DNA from: Circinaria calcarea
Lineage: Eukaryota
NCBI GenBank assembly: GCA_051942165.1
Contig: JAVECS010000011.1
Span: 1-47,937, forward strand
Length of the DNA stretch: 47,937 nucleotides
Direction: 5' to 3'
A program made the position numbers and the translations under genes. A model generated the notes under the pieces. It saw only the letters and a list, made by a program, of their open reading frames with translations, did not search any database and had not been told where the DNA came from. This document shows positions 26,492-37,614 of this stretch, one piece after another (position 1 is the stretch's first letter; each line of letters opens with the position of its first letter).

Positions 26492-26932
26492 CAATAAGTA
26501 GGAAAAGATGGGAGCATTGTAGGCGTTTTGCATAAGATACCCCGCGGGAGGACTGGAAAGTTGGATTTTTCGTCTTGATGAAGCAATAGAAGAAATGGTT
26601 GCATAGAGACCTGGTATCATTATCCCTCATGAAATCCTGCTCAGTGGATGTAAGATTTATATTCCGAGGATCCACCATTTTCACCTTCATAACCCAAAAG
26701 CATATATAACAACCAGTACATATAGAGACAGAAGCTGCCAGTAATCATTAGCATTTACCATATATACATTAGATACTGCCGATATCACCGTCTTCTGCGA
26801 TTCAAGTGTCCATGATAAATCACCATCCGTTGGTGGTTACATAATTATATGCCATCGCGGCGCTCACGGTCATCCATCCGCATTCCCTAATTACCAGCAT
26901 GATTTGCTGTCGTGTCCACGGTCGTTTATGAC

Positions 26933-29722
26933 ATGATGGGCATCTCAGCTGCCGTCCTCTTTACTTATGTACTCGGCGGCCTGACGTTCTTCCCCACCCT
27001 CATCGGTCTCATCCTCCTGTATTCATATCTGACTCTGCCTCATCGACCTTCCGATATTTCCTCTGCCACATCCTCACCTGGCACAATCCGCGATGCTAAT
27101 GACGACGACAAAAGCCTTAAATCCGGAACTGCTGCCCTCACGGAACAATTCCATCGAGGCCATGAGCCTGACGTTGCAGAAGGGTATTTTGTTGTATGTC
27201 GAGAGTACGTCCCGGGAGGCCAGAATGGCAAGCCACCAGAAAGAACAACACCCGCCGGAGAAGTTGTAGCGGAGGAAAGCCCTAGTGTATACCAGAGCAT
27301 GTACCGAAGCATCTTCGATCGAAGGCAAGCACCGACATTGGACCCTGGCAAAGCCAACGGGAAGACTACAAGGAAAGCTGCCAACGTCTTCTATATCACC
27401 CTACGGCATTCTCACCTGATTCTTTTTGACGATAGGGAGCAGCTCGAAGTCCGACACGTCATTTCCTTGAACCATCACGATGTCAGCATTTACGGGGGAG
27501 GAAATGAGATACCGGAAGGAGAATTATGGATCAAGAGAAACGCCATCTGCCTGACAAGGAAGCCGAACGTGGGGGATGTCACATCAACGTCGAAACCATT
27601 CTATCTCTTTTCGGATAATTGCTCGGAGAAAGAGGACTTCTACTTCGCCTTGTTACAGAACCAGGAGCGACGGCCTGACGACTCGAACCTGCCTCCTACC
27701 CCTCAGCAATATGAAGTCAAGGACATCATCTCACTCGTCCAACGGTTACATTCGTCAGAAGAACAATTGCAGACCAGATGGATTAATGCACTGATTGGTC
27801 GTCTATTCCTAGCTATGTACAAGACTCAAGAGATCGAGGATTTTGTACGGCTCAAGATCACAAAGAAAATCGCTCGAGTGAAGAAGCCGGCTTTCCTCTC
27901 CGGTATCATTTTGCAAAAGATTGACTTGGGGGAGGCTGCACCATATATCACCAATCCAAGGCTGAAGGATCTTACTGTAGATAGCAACTGCTGCGTAGAA
28001 GCAGACTTCAAGTACAATGGCAACTTCAGATTGGAGATTGCCGCCACAGCTAGAATCGACTTGGGAACTCGGTTTAAGGCCCGGGAGGTTAATCTGGTCT
28101 TAGCGGTAGTTATTAAAAAGCTTGAAGGTCATGTTCTTGTACGGCTAAAACCACCTCCTAGCAACAGGTTATGGATTTCATTCGAAAAAATGCCGAGCCT
28201 TGAGATGAGCATCGAACCTATCATCAGCACTAGGCAGATCACATATGGTATCATTATCCGAGCAATCGAAAGCAGGATCAGGGAGGTTGTTGCTGAGACT
28301 ATAGTCCTACCGCATTGGGATGATAGTCCTTTCACAGATACACTGCACCAACGTTTTCGTGGAGGGATCTGGGCTAATGGTGGACAAGCCGTCACAGTGC
28401 CTGTGCCAGCCACGAGCATACCAGATGAAGAGGCGGAAGACGAATTCCACACCGATGTCCGACCTCATATCTCCTCGCCCATTTCGACATCGTCTCAAGA
28501 CGATAGATCTATGAGCATGCCCGCTTTGGTAGACAGCCTCTCTTCTCATAGATCACTCAAAGACACCAGTAATAAATCTACGCAATCGCTCGTTGAGAGC
28601 ACGGCCGGGCTAGCATCTTCTAGCACCCAGAAAGGGCCGGAACCGCCAAAAGCAATTCGCTCTCGGTCTTTTGCGTCTGCGGCCGATCCCGTCGTCAGCA
28701 TGGACAATGCGAATATTGGTGCATCAAAGAAGGAGAACACGATCAAGTACCAGAAAGACGCCGCAAGTTCAATGCTTGCAATCTCAAGCCGATCTCAGCC
28801 TGCTTCTCCTATAGATACACCAGTGGGCTCCCCCACGTCAACGCGCTCCACCTTAGCAGAAGTCAGCAAACCAGGGAGTTTCTCTTCCGTGTCCTCAAAA
28901 GAGGATAGCAACGCCGTGCATGCAGTACCTCAAACCCCTACTACAAATGCTAGCCAACTGTCAATCCCTCCATCTCCAACAAGCGTTACCTCCAAACCTA
29001 CCATCTCAACCTTAGGCGATGGTGCTAACCATGCAACTGCCCTGCATGCTACACCCTCTGACAAGCGCCAATCGTTTCCTGCACTTGGCGCAACCGCGGC
29101 AGCAGCTAAGAAATGGGGATGGAGCGTGCTCACTCGTAACAACGAACAGAAGAACATCAATAGTCTCAAGTCTACACTAGATCGAGTAGGAACTCCGGAG
29201 CATCCAATTGGCCGTGGCCATCCACTACCACCCATAGGACAACCCTTGCCTCCGCCGGACAGGCATCGGTCCACTCCGATCACCATCCCCAAGAGAAAAC
29301 CGCTACCTTCCCCATCTCTACCGCCGCGCAGGGCAGACCGAACGAAGGCACAAACCATCCCACCGCCATTGCCCAGCCGACGTAGAGAGGATTCGAGTAC
29401 AGTTGGTAATGCTTCCAACGAGGGTGTTATGATAGTCCAAGCCCCTCCCGAGTCAGAACCAACCAGTCCGTTGGGGGATATTGAGGAAGAATTCGTTTAT
29501 CAGATGAAGGTTGGTCCAGATGAAGGAGACAACGCGTCATCGATAGGGCACGAGACACACAATATGTTGGTCGGCGATGAACCCGGCAGTCCCATCGATC
29601 CCAGCATTGGTCCAAAGCTTACAGTATATGGCACTCACGAGGATGTGCCACCAAGCTGGCAAATAGCTCGAGAAGAAGCTAGGCCGAAAAGCATATCATC
29701 GGACGAGCTCGAGCTATCATGA
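26933..29722 (+). CDS. NVJ2: Nvj2/TEX2-like lipid-transfer protein (N-terminal TM, PH-like and SMP domains)
   Basis: TM FTYVLGGLTFFP; PH-like IPEGELWIKRNAI and FSDNCSEKEDFYFAL; SMP QTRWINALIGRLFL...KPPPSNRLW...LPHWDD; long S/P-rich tail; single exon. Confidence 0.9.
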   Translation: MMGISAAVLFTYVLGGLTFFPTLIGLILLYSYLTLPHRPSDISSATSSPGTIRDANDDDKSLKSGTAALTEQFHRGHEPDVAEGYFVVCREYVPGGQNGKPPERTTPAGEVVAEESPSVYQSMYRSIFDRRQAPTLDPGKANGKTTRKAANVFYITLRHSHLILFDDREQLEVRHVISLNHHDVSIYGGGNEIPEGELWIKRNAICLTRKPNVGDVTSTSKPFYLFSDNCSEKEDFYFALLQNQERRPDDSNLPPTPQQYEVKDIISLVQRLHSSEEQLQTRWINALIGRLFLAMYKTQEIEDFVRLKITKKIARVKKPAFLSGIILQKIDLGEAAPYITNPRLKDLTVDSNCCVEADFKYNGNFRLEIAATARIDLGTRFKAREVNLVLAVVIKKLEGHVLVRLKPPPSNRLWISFEKMPSLEMSIEPIISTRQITYGIIIRAIESRIREVVAETIVLPHWDDSPFTDTLHQRFRGGIWANGGQAVTVPVPATSIPDEEAEDEFHTDVRPHISSPISTSSQDDRSMSMPALVDSLSSHRSLKDTSNKSTQSLVESTAGLASSSTQKGPEPPKAIRSRSFASAADPVVSMDNANIGASKKENTIKYQKDAASSMLAISSRSQPASPIDTPVGSPTSTRSTLAEVSKPGSFSSVSSKEDSNAVHAVPQTPTTNASQLSIPPSPTSVTSKPTISTLGDGANHATALHATPSDKRQSFPALGATAAAAKKWGWSVLTRNNEQKNINSLKSTLDRVGTPEHPIGRGHPLPPIGQPLPPPDRHRSTPITIPKRKPLPSPSLPPRRADRTKAQTIPPPLPSRRREDSSTVGNASNEGVMIVQAPPESEPTSPLGDIEEEFVYQMKVGPDEGDNASSIGHETHNMLVGDEPGSPIDPSIGPKLTVYGTHEDVPPSWQIAREEARPKSISSDELELS

Positions 29723-30237
29723 AATCTGTAACGGCAGAATGTGGGGTTTTGGCGGTTGCTGTGCTAAACAGGACGGGGGTCGGAGTTTCGCTGGTCTGCA
29801 TGCGCTGTAGTCTGAAGACTGGTATTCATGATATCATGCATTTTCAGGAGAATATTAGGGTAGCGTTCTCAGTCATTGTTGCTTGGGAGTAGCCGAGAGC
29901 TTGATACTACGGGTGAATAAAGATGGATAAGATAATGAATGTAATCAAGTAGCAATAACTGCCAACTCGAGTTACTTATTCATACAACCCTGCCCCCCCC
30001 AAACTGTCCCGATTGCGTCTCGCCTTACACGTACGCGGCGGATTCGTAGCCTTTTGACGTCGCCAAGACATCTCATCCCCAAGGTCCTGGAATTCTTCCG
30101 TTGAATGCGACTGTGATCACGGATCTCCACCACAACAGTCCCCATGCATGTGCTTCATTTCCACCGGAGTACTCACGCCCACATCTGATCTGAGATGCAG
30201 CAGCTTCTGGCTGCCTAAACTGTCCTGAGCGCTCAGC

Positions 30238-33200
30238 ATGGCTACCAACGGCTATGGGGGTACCCCCGGACGGAACATAGACTTGGGGAAGTAAGAAGCC
30301 GCGGTACTACTGTCTACTTTATGAATGCTGACAATGTCGAGGTCGGAGCAGGAGCTTGCGATCAACATCAGGAAAGCTACGAGTATTGGTGAGCCCAAGC
30401 TGATGAATGCCTCCGCCATTCCAGTTTAGCTAATGAAAACCACTTATAGAAGAGACCGCCCCGAAACGTCTGTCCTCTCCCTTCATATTTCACGCCAAAA
30501 GAGCTCATGAGTCTTAGGCAAACATGTTCGTGCCTGCATTGTCTACACCTGGGACCACAAATCCTCACAATCCTTCTGGGCTGGCATGAAAGTGTGCGTC
30601 TAGGAATATTCCACCCTACTAAAGCCCGCCGGCGGAAGCTTCATCTTACCTGCATTGCTAACTCATTTCATTCTTCTTCATCAGCCAGCCCATTTTAGCC
30701 GATGAGGTGCAAACATTCAAGGCCTTGATCACGATACACAAGGTTCTGCAGGAGGGCCACCCTATTGCGGTTAAAGAGGCGCAGCCGAACACAAACTGGT
30801 TGGAGAGTCTCACGAGAGGGGTATCTGGGGACGGAATCAGAGGTAAGAGCTTGTGATGAGGTTCGACCCCGGACGTCAAACGCAACCAACCGAAAAGACC
30901 TTCTCAGACCGGAGAGGAAATAACGACTACTAGGTTATGGCCCTCTACTGCGCGAGTACGTCTACTTTTTGCTGGCGAAGCTAGCCTTCCATAGACAGCA
31001 TCCTGAATTCAATGGTTAGCAAGAAATATCTATTGCCGTTAATGTCACGCTCATGTAAACCAGGCCTGTTCGAGTACGAGGAGTACATCAGTCTAAAATA
31101 CATCAACGATCCAAATGAAGGGTGAATGAGAGTATTATTACTTGAACTATCGGCCGGGGCTAATCGGTATAGATATGAAACAATTTCCGACCTGATGGCT
31201 CTCCAGGACTTGATCGACTCCTTTCAGAAACTCATCTTCTCCAACTTCCAGAGTGGATCGAATAACGAATGTAGAATATCGGCTTTGGTTCCACTGGTGC
31301 AAGAGAGTTATGGGATCTATAAATTCATCACCAGCATGCTTCGGGCAATGCATACAAGTGTGTTCTCCGTAAAGGCTCAGCAGTGTTTAGGTGCTGATTT
31401 CTCCTAGCAACTGGCGACGATGATGCATTGGAGCCTCTAAGAGGAAGATATGATACCCAATACTATCGCCTTCTCAAATTCTACTACGAATGTTCTAACC
31501 TTCGTTACCTTACCAGCTTGATTAGCGTTCCTAAGTTAGCACAGGAACCTCCAAGCCTTCTAGCGGAAGATGAGGATCGACCAGCGCTTCCACAAAGACC
31601 AAGACAGCAGACCCCAAAACCAAAGGAAGCATCCCCATCTTCGCCTAAAAAGGCTGCTGCTATTGAGCCAGAGCCAATCAATGAATTTTGGCAAGACTCA
31701 CAACGGAGGCAGCAGGAAGAGTATGATGCTCAGCAACGCAGACTGCAAGAACAGTACAACCAGCAGCAATACCAGCAACAACTAGCGCAACAGCAGGCAC
31801 AGCGAGATTTTGAAGAGCAACAACGCCTCCTGGCAGAACAGCAGAGACTAGCGGATGAACAGTTGTTGCGAGAGCAGTATCAAGCGCAGACCAGTGGTCG
31901 GATGGCAGAGTTAGAACGGGAAAATCTCAATGCTCGAGCGCAGTACGAACGTGATCAGCTCATGTTAGAGCAATATGATCGAAGGGTCAAGGACCTCGAA
32001 AATCAGTACAACCAGCTTAACAATAATTTCAACCAGCAAAATGCCTCAAAAGATGATCAAATACGTGCGCTTCAGGAGCAAGTCAACACATGGCGTTCAA
32101 AGTATGAAGCTTTAGCAAAACTGTATTCTCAGCTACGGACGGAGCACCTGGACCTGCTGCAGAAATTCAAAGGCGTACAGTTGAAGGCCGCATCGGCACA
32201 GGAGGCTATAGACAAGCGAGAGCGGCTTGAGCGGGAGATCAAGACCAAGAACCTAGAATTGGCTGACATGATCCGAGAAAGAGACCGAGCTCTACACGAG
32301 AAGGACCGTCTGACCGGTGGAAATCGAGAAGAGCTTGAAATGCTAAAGCGAGAGCTTCGACTGGCATTAGACAGAGCTGACAATGCAGAACGGTCAAAAG
32401 GGTCCGAGATATCGTCGATGCTGGCAAAGTATAACAGGGAAATGGCAGACCTCGAGGAAGCCCTAAGAGTATTTATGCTGTGGTTATGTACGCTATTACA
32501 ATTACTAACAAATCATAGAACAAGTCTCGAGCTCTGGACGATATTCACTCCAAGTATGGAGAGCGAGATGGGGACCTCGAGCGTACTTTGAGGGATAAGG
32601 AAGAGGAGCTCGAGATATCAAAGTCTGCGATGGACCAGGCGCTTTTGGAGCTGCACGAGCTACGGACTGTGGGTCTTGATCGGATCCTAAAAAGGTCGTC
32701 AGAGAGCTAATTTTCATAGACTGGTGGAGATACCGATAAGGCGCTGGACGACCAGATTGATCAGGTCTTGCTTGGGAATATACAGAAGATTAACGACATC
32801 ATTGACTCCGTCTTGCAAAGCGGTGTCCAGCGGGTGGACGATGCCCTGTATGAGTTGGATTCGACTATGCAAGCGGGGAACCAAAACGCTTCGGCGCCGT
32901 ATGTACTCTCACAAATCGAGAAAGCCTCTTCCAGCGCCACGGAGTTCTCAACCGCATTCAACAATTTTATTGCCGACGGACCTAATAGTACTCATGCAGA
33001 AATCATTCGTACTGTCAGCGTGTTTGCAGGTTCCATCGCCGACGTTCTGTCCAATACCAAAGGCCTTACCCGCTTTGCCACGGAAGAGAAGAAGGCTGAC
33101 CAGCTCGTAAGTGCCGCTCGCCAGTCTGCTCAAGCAACAGTGACCTTTTTCCGCGCCTTGCAATCTTTCCGCCTCGAGAGCCTCGAAGATGAGCAGAAAA

Positions 33201-34108
33201 CGGATGTGGTCATAAACAATAGCCACGAAGTGCAGGTAAAACTTCAAAAGCTCTCTAAACTTGCCGATGCATTTGCCCCGAAATCCGCCAAGCTGTCTAA
33301 TCAGGCTGGAAACTTGGAGGATATTGTAGATCGCGAGCTTACGAATGCCGCAAATGCAATTGAGGCTGCTGCAGAGCGCTTGAACAAAATAAAGAAAAAA
33401 CCTCGAGACGGCTACAGCACGTACGAGCTTAAGATTCATGATAGCATCGTCGAAGCTGCCATTGCTGTGACAAATGCCATCGCACGGCTTATCAAGGCCG
33501 CAACGGCTTCGCAACAAGAGATCGTAAAGGAAGGCCGTGGGTCTTCCTCTCGAACGGCTTTCTATAAAAAAAACAATCGCTGGACAGAAGGCCTGATCAG
33601 CGCTGCAAAGGCTGTCGCATCATCTACCAATACACTAATCGAGACAGCGGACGGCGTCATCAGCAGACGTAACAGTCCTGAACAGTTGATCGTAGCGAGC
33701 AACGATGTCGCAGCTTCGACAGCTCAACTCGTCGCCGCCAGCAGAGTCAAAGCTAACTTTGGCTCGAAGACCCAGGACCACCTGGAAGAGGCAAGCAAAG
33801 CTGTGGGTACGGCTTGCAGAGCGTTGGTCAGGCAGGTTCAAGAGATTATCAGCCAACGGAACAAGGATGAGGGCGATGATGTAGATTACGGCAAGTTGAG
33901 CGGGCACGAGATCAAGGTCAAGGAGTTTGAGCAGAAGGTATGCTTCTCCTTTCATGCTGTATTTACCGAGGCCATAATAGGATAGATGGTGGAAGCTTAT
34001 GCTGACGTGCGTGATACACAGGTTGAAATCTTACAGCTGGAGAACGATCTGGCGCAGGCGAGACAGCGATTAGGGGAGATGAGAAAGATTTCTTACCAAG
34101 AGGAGTGA
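30238..34108 (+). CDS. SLA2: Endocytic actin adaptor Sla2/End4 (ANTH, coiled coil, I/LWEQ); MAT flank
   Basis: INIRKATSIEETAPKRKHVRACIVYTWDH; Q-rich coiled coil; FYKKNNRWTEGLISAAKAVA; QVEILQLENDLAQARQRLGEMRKISYQEE*; many short introns. Confidence 0.97.
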
Positions 34109-35965
34109 ACGGTCAAGGTCTAGTATAGTCAGGCGCGCGTCTGTTAGTACCTAGCCAGCAATTCATCTACGCCGTTGAGCGGGATTCTGTAACATGCCTG
34201 TACTTTACGCAAACTCTGTAGCAACCGACATGGGCGCGTTGGTGACCTGTAGTGCCGTGTCCATGTGTAAGATGATAAACATTAGTTATGAGGTTGCTGC
34301 TGGAGCTACGGATTACGGAAGAATGATGTGCAAGGTCGCTGTAATGTGCACAGGCGTTGCTGTCTTACGTCAAGATCAAGGTATCTACAGTGCAATGTAT
34401 GTGCGACTCATGTGCAGGATTGTAACACTTGAATTGATGTCTATGGAGCTATCTATGGATGGGTGTATCTACGAGTGTGTGACGTTTAAAGGACTTCCCT
34501 CTGTCGCGTCGAAGTTTGTTGATATGTACCTTTCGCGTCCGAGGTATTATTTTGGTTGTAGTTTACAAGGTGTAGAGGTTGAAATTTGGTTGTTGGTAGC
34601 GATTTGACTGCGGGACTGATCGGTAGAGGAGGGAAGCTGAGAAGAATGGGGGGTGTTAGCTAGGAGATATGGAAAGAGGGTAGAGGAAGAGAAGAGCCAA
34701 GATAATTTCTCAGATACAAAGGTTGAATGCATTGCGGGCCTTAAACCACTCATACTCATTCCTTCTTAATACGTTTATCATGCAAAGAAAAGGTAAAAAT
34801 AAGATTTACTTACAGCTTTGAATTGGAACCTGACAGTATCTACGAGCAAGGGACTACTATGATATGCTAATGGAAACGCACTCGGAAGGTAAGGTATGTT
34901 AGAAACAATAATTGTGTGTTGTTGTAGCTGTAGAAGGAAGAGATCATGGAGCAGAGGGGTTGGGAGTTTTTATGCTCTCCAGCGGCACTAAACAAGCGAC
35001 CGCCGGGTAAGTCGAGTGGAACATCAAAGCCATGGAAGGGAAACGGGGTCCGAGAAGCGAGTCCTATGGACAGTTGGAGGAAACTGTATCTATAGTCTGG
35101 TGTTCAACAGAGTTCGAAAAAAGGGGTGTAAGGACTCCTTTAATAGCCACTTATCTCAAACACAAACCGCGCAACTTAGACGTATATATTCAGAGATACA
35201 GCACGGAGCTTCATGTAAGACGTTGCTTTTAACGCTAATGGATATATGCAGATATACATTTGTGATGAAGTACATGATTGTTGATTAAGCAAGCAGATCG
35301 TATGTGCATATACATTAAGCTTCAAACACATGTACCATTATACACTGGAGAGTCGTAGACGAGAGGGTGAATGGAAGACCCTGCGTATCACTCAAGTTGT
35401 TGTCGATGGGGAATTTATGGGTATATCGGGACGGGTTTGTAGTCTCCTATTAGCAAGATAGAAGCTGGCTACAGATCTTGAACTCTCTACAGGAGATCAT
35501 GAATTTTGCATCTAGTACTTCCGCAAATGACATGTCTCTGTACTAATTTCATGCATGCATCATTCAAGGAACAGGAAGACCATGGTAGTTGCCTCTGACC
35601 ATAATCTACTTTAGACGCAGGCGCGGTAGAATAGCCGATCGGAAAAATAACCAGAGGACAACCTCAACGTCAACTCGTTTGAGACCCATAGCGCTAATTA
35701 TGTCCCATTCCATTGCTTATTGTTCTTGCTATGCCTTCTAATCAACCATTTGCAGAGAATTAGAATTTAGTTACAATCTGATTCCACCATATCCAACAAA
35801 CGAAGCCTCGCGTCACCTCCATCAACCTATAAAGGCCTTCACCCAACCCCTGTCACAATCCCCCCAAAATAACCCAGAGCTGCTCCTCCCTTCAAATTTG
35901 AGTATGCCCGTTGCTAAAGGTATATCAGTGTTGTAAGGGTGCATCAGAATTGGCGGGAGACTTAC

Positions 35966-37232
35966 TCAGAATTCGAACGAGAATGGGTCAAGATTGTTGA
36001 AGCCATCCTCATATGCGAAACCAGAGAGGTCAAACGGATTGAAGGAACTCCCCATGTAAGGGTTGAAGTCCAACTCAGTATTGAATTCCTCGCCTTCATT
36101 CAGGGAATAGTACTCATTCCCCAAAGCCAGAACTGGATTTGGTACCTGGTCGGCTAAGTTAAGGATTGGCTCCTCTCCAGAACTCTCGTTCTGACTTGTG
36201 GTCCAGGTCGTTAACATTGGGTCTGTGGACTGGTTCGCCCAAGTATCCAGATCAGTGCTGTTGACCGTAGACAACTCGTTAACCTCCGTGGACGGGCCAG
36301 TTACAGTGTCATCGAAGTTATTGTTGGTCATCTCCACGCTCTCGAAGCTGGAGTCAACAGGGAAGGGAGGAGCATCGACATCCTTGGATCCAACCTGTTG
36401 CTCAACGTCGTGTACCTGAACGTCATCATCCTGAGTACGGCCCTGCTCCAGGATGTTGTTGTCCAGGAGGTCTCCAGATTTTTGGACCGGGTTTATGATA
36501 GTAGGTCCCTGTACTCCAGTCGCCATCATCATGGCTGGCTGAAATACATCAAAATCGAGTCCTGCGCCGATGTCCATGAAGTATCCGAACTCGTATGAGT
36601 GCTGAACAATGTCTTGGACAGACAGGTTGGTTGTCAGCAAATCATAGTCAATGCTTGCGAGATCGATTTCTTCACAACGACGAAGGCTGATTTGTCCTTC
36701 TCCATCCATTGTGATCTCCCAGCCTAACATGACAAGATAATCTGCTGGGGCAACGATCCCAACAAACGGCCCGTTAATTTCCAAGAAAGCGTCGAGTGGT
36801 GCGTCTTGCTTACCAACTTTGTCACGGATGACAGAGTAGGCCTTCGCAAGGATCGTCCACTTGGCCTTGAATGGGTCGGCCGACCACAAGTAAGTTAAGA
36901 AGCCCGACTTATCTTTCTGTTGGAGAGTCGTGAAGATAGGGGCGTAGTAGCCTGCAGTGAAGTTTAGCACTGATCATTATAGCTGCTGTGTTATACATAC
37001 TTCGGAAAGCCATCCAAGAGTTGAGCGGCCTAGTTGCCTTGGCCTTGACAGCAACGGTCATAATCTTCTTGGTGACACCCTTGGATGATTTGGTATGCTC
37101 ACCACCGCTGAAATCTCCGCCGACGTAAGCCGCGGATTGCGCCATCTCCGCGATTTGCGCAGGAGAGTAAGCAGCAAGGAGTTGCTGGAATGCTTTCGGC
37201 ACGAACATCGGCTGTTCGTTAGTCTTGGTCAT
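35966..37232 (-). CDS. MAT1-1-1: Mating-type alpha-box transcription factor MAT1-1-1
   Basis: Alpha box RPLNSWMAFR-S-YYAPIFTTLQQKDKSGFLTYLWSADPFKAKWTILAKAYSVIRD, with the conserved phase-1 intron 36952-37000 in the Ser codon; acidic C-terminus. Start is ATG 37232 or 37208. Confidence 0.96.
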
Positions 37233-37614
37233 TAGGAATTGGTCTAAAGATGCTCTGTACAATGGAAACTGAGGCTGCGGTCGCGAAAAAGGTGTGCTTC
37301 AATTATGAAAAGACTAAGTTGAGAAATGAAGAGGTGTAGAAGAGTTGGAAATCGAGATTCGTCGTTGGATTTAAATCATAATGGAGTGGCTGGGAATTCC
37401 CTTTTCCGATAAACAAAGACCGAGCTAAGTTCATTCACTGATCTACTAGACTGTTTGTGTCACATCCTAGCAACAGCTAGTTTTTTATGTGGTTGCATGT
37501 TTACTTGGTTTGGTTCTGGTCTAGGTAGTTTCTGCTCAAGTTGGACTTTTGTTTGTATATCTAATTCTGCTACCTATCGCTTCTCCCATCTCTTTTAATC
37601 ACTTCGCTTTGATG

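Noticed and set aside
34194..34607. 137-aa Met/Cys-rich ORF after SLA2 with repeated MCxx motifs
   Set aside because: It lies in the expected SLA2 3'UTR, the TG-rich composition explains the residues, and it has no terminal CAAX, KR processing sites or recognisable domain.
34859..34927. Plus-strand frame ending YVRNNNCVLL* (CAAX plus stop), reminiscent of an a-factor-type pheromone next to MAT
   Set aside because: The only in-frame ATG (34859) is followed by TAA three codons later, leaving no intact precursor. Pheromone genes are normally not MAT-linked in Pezizomycotina.
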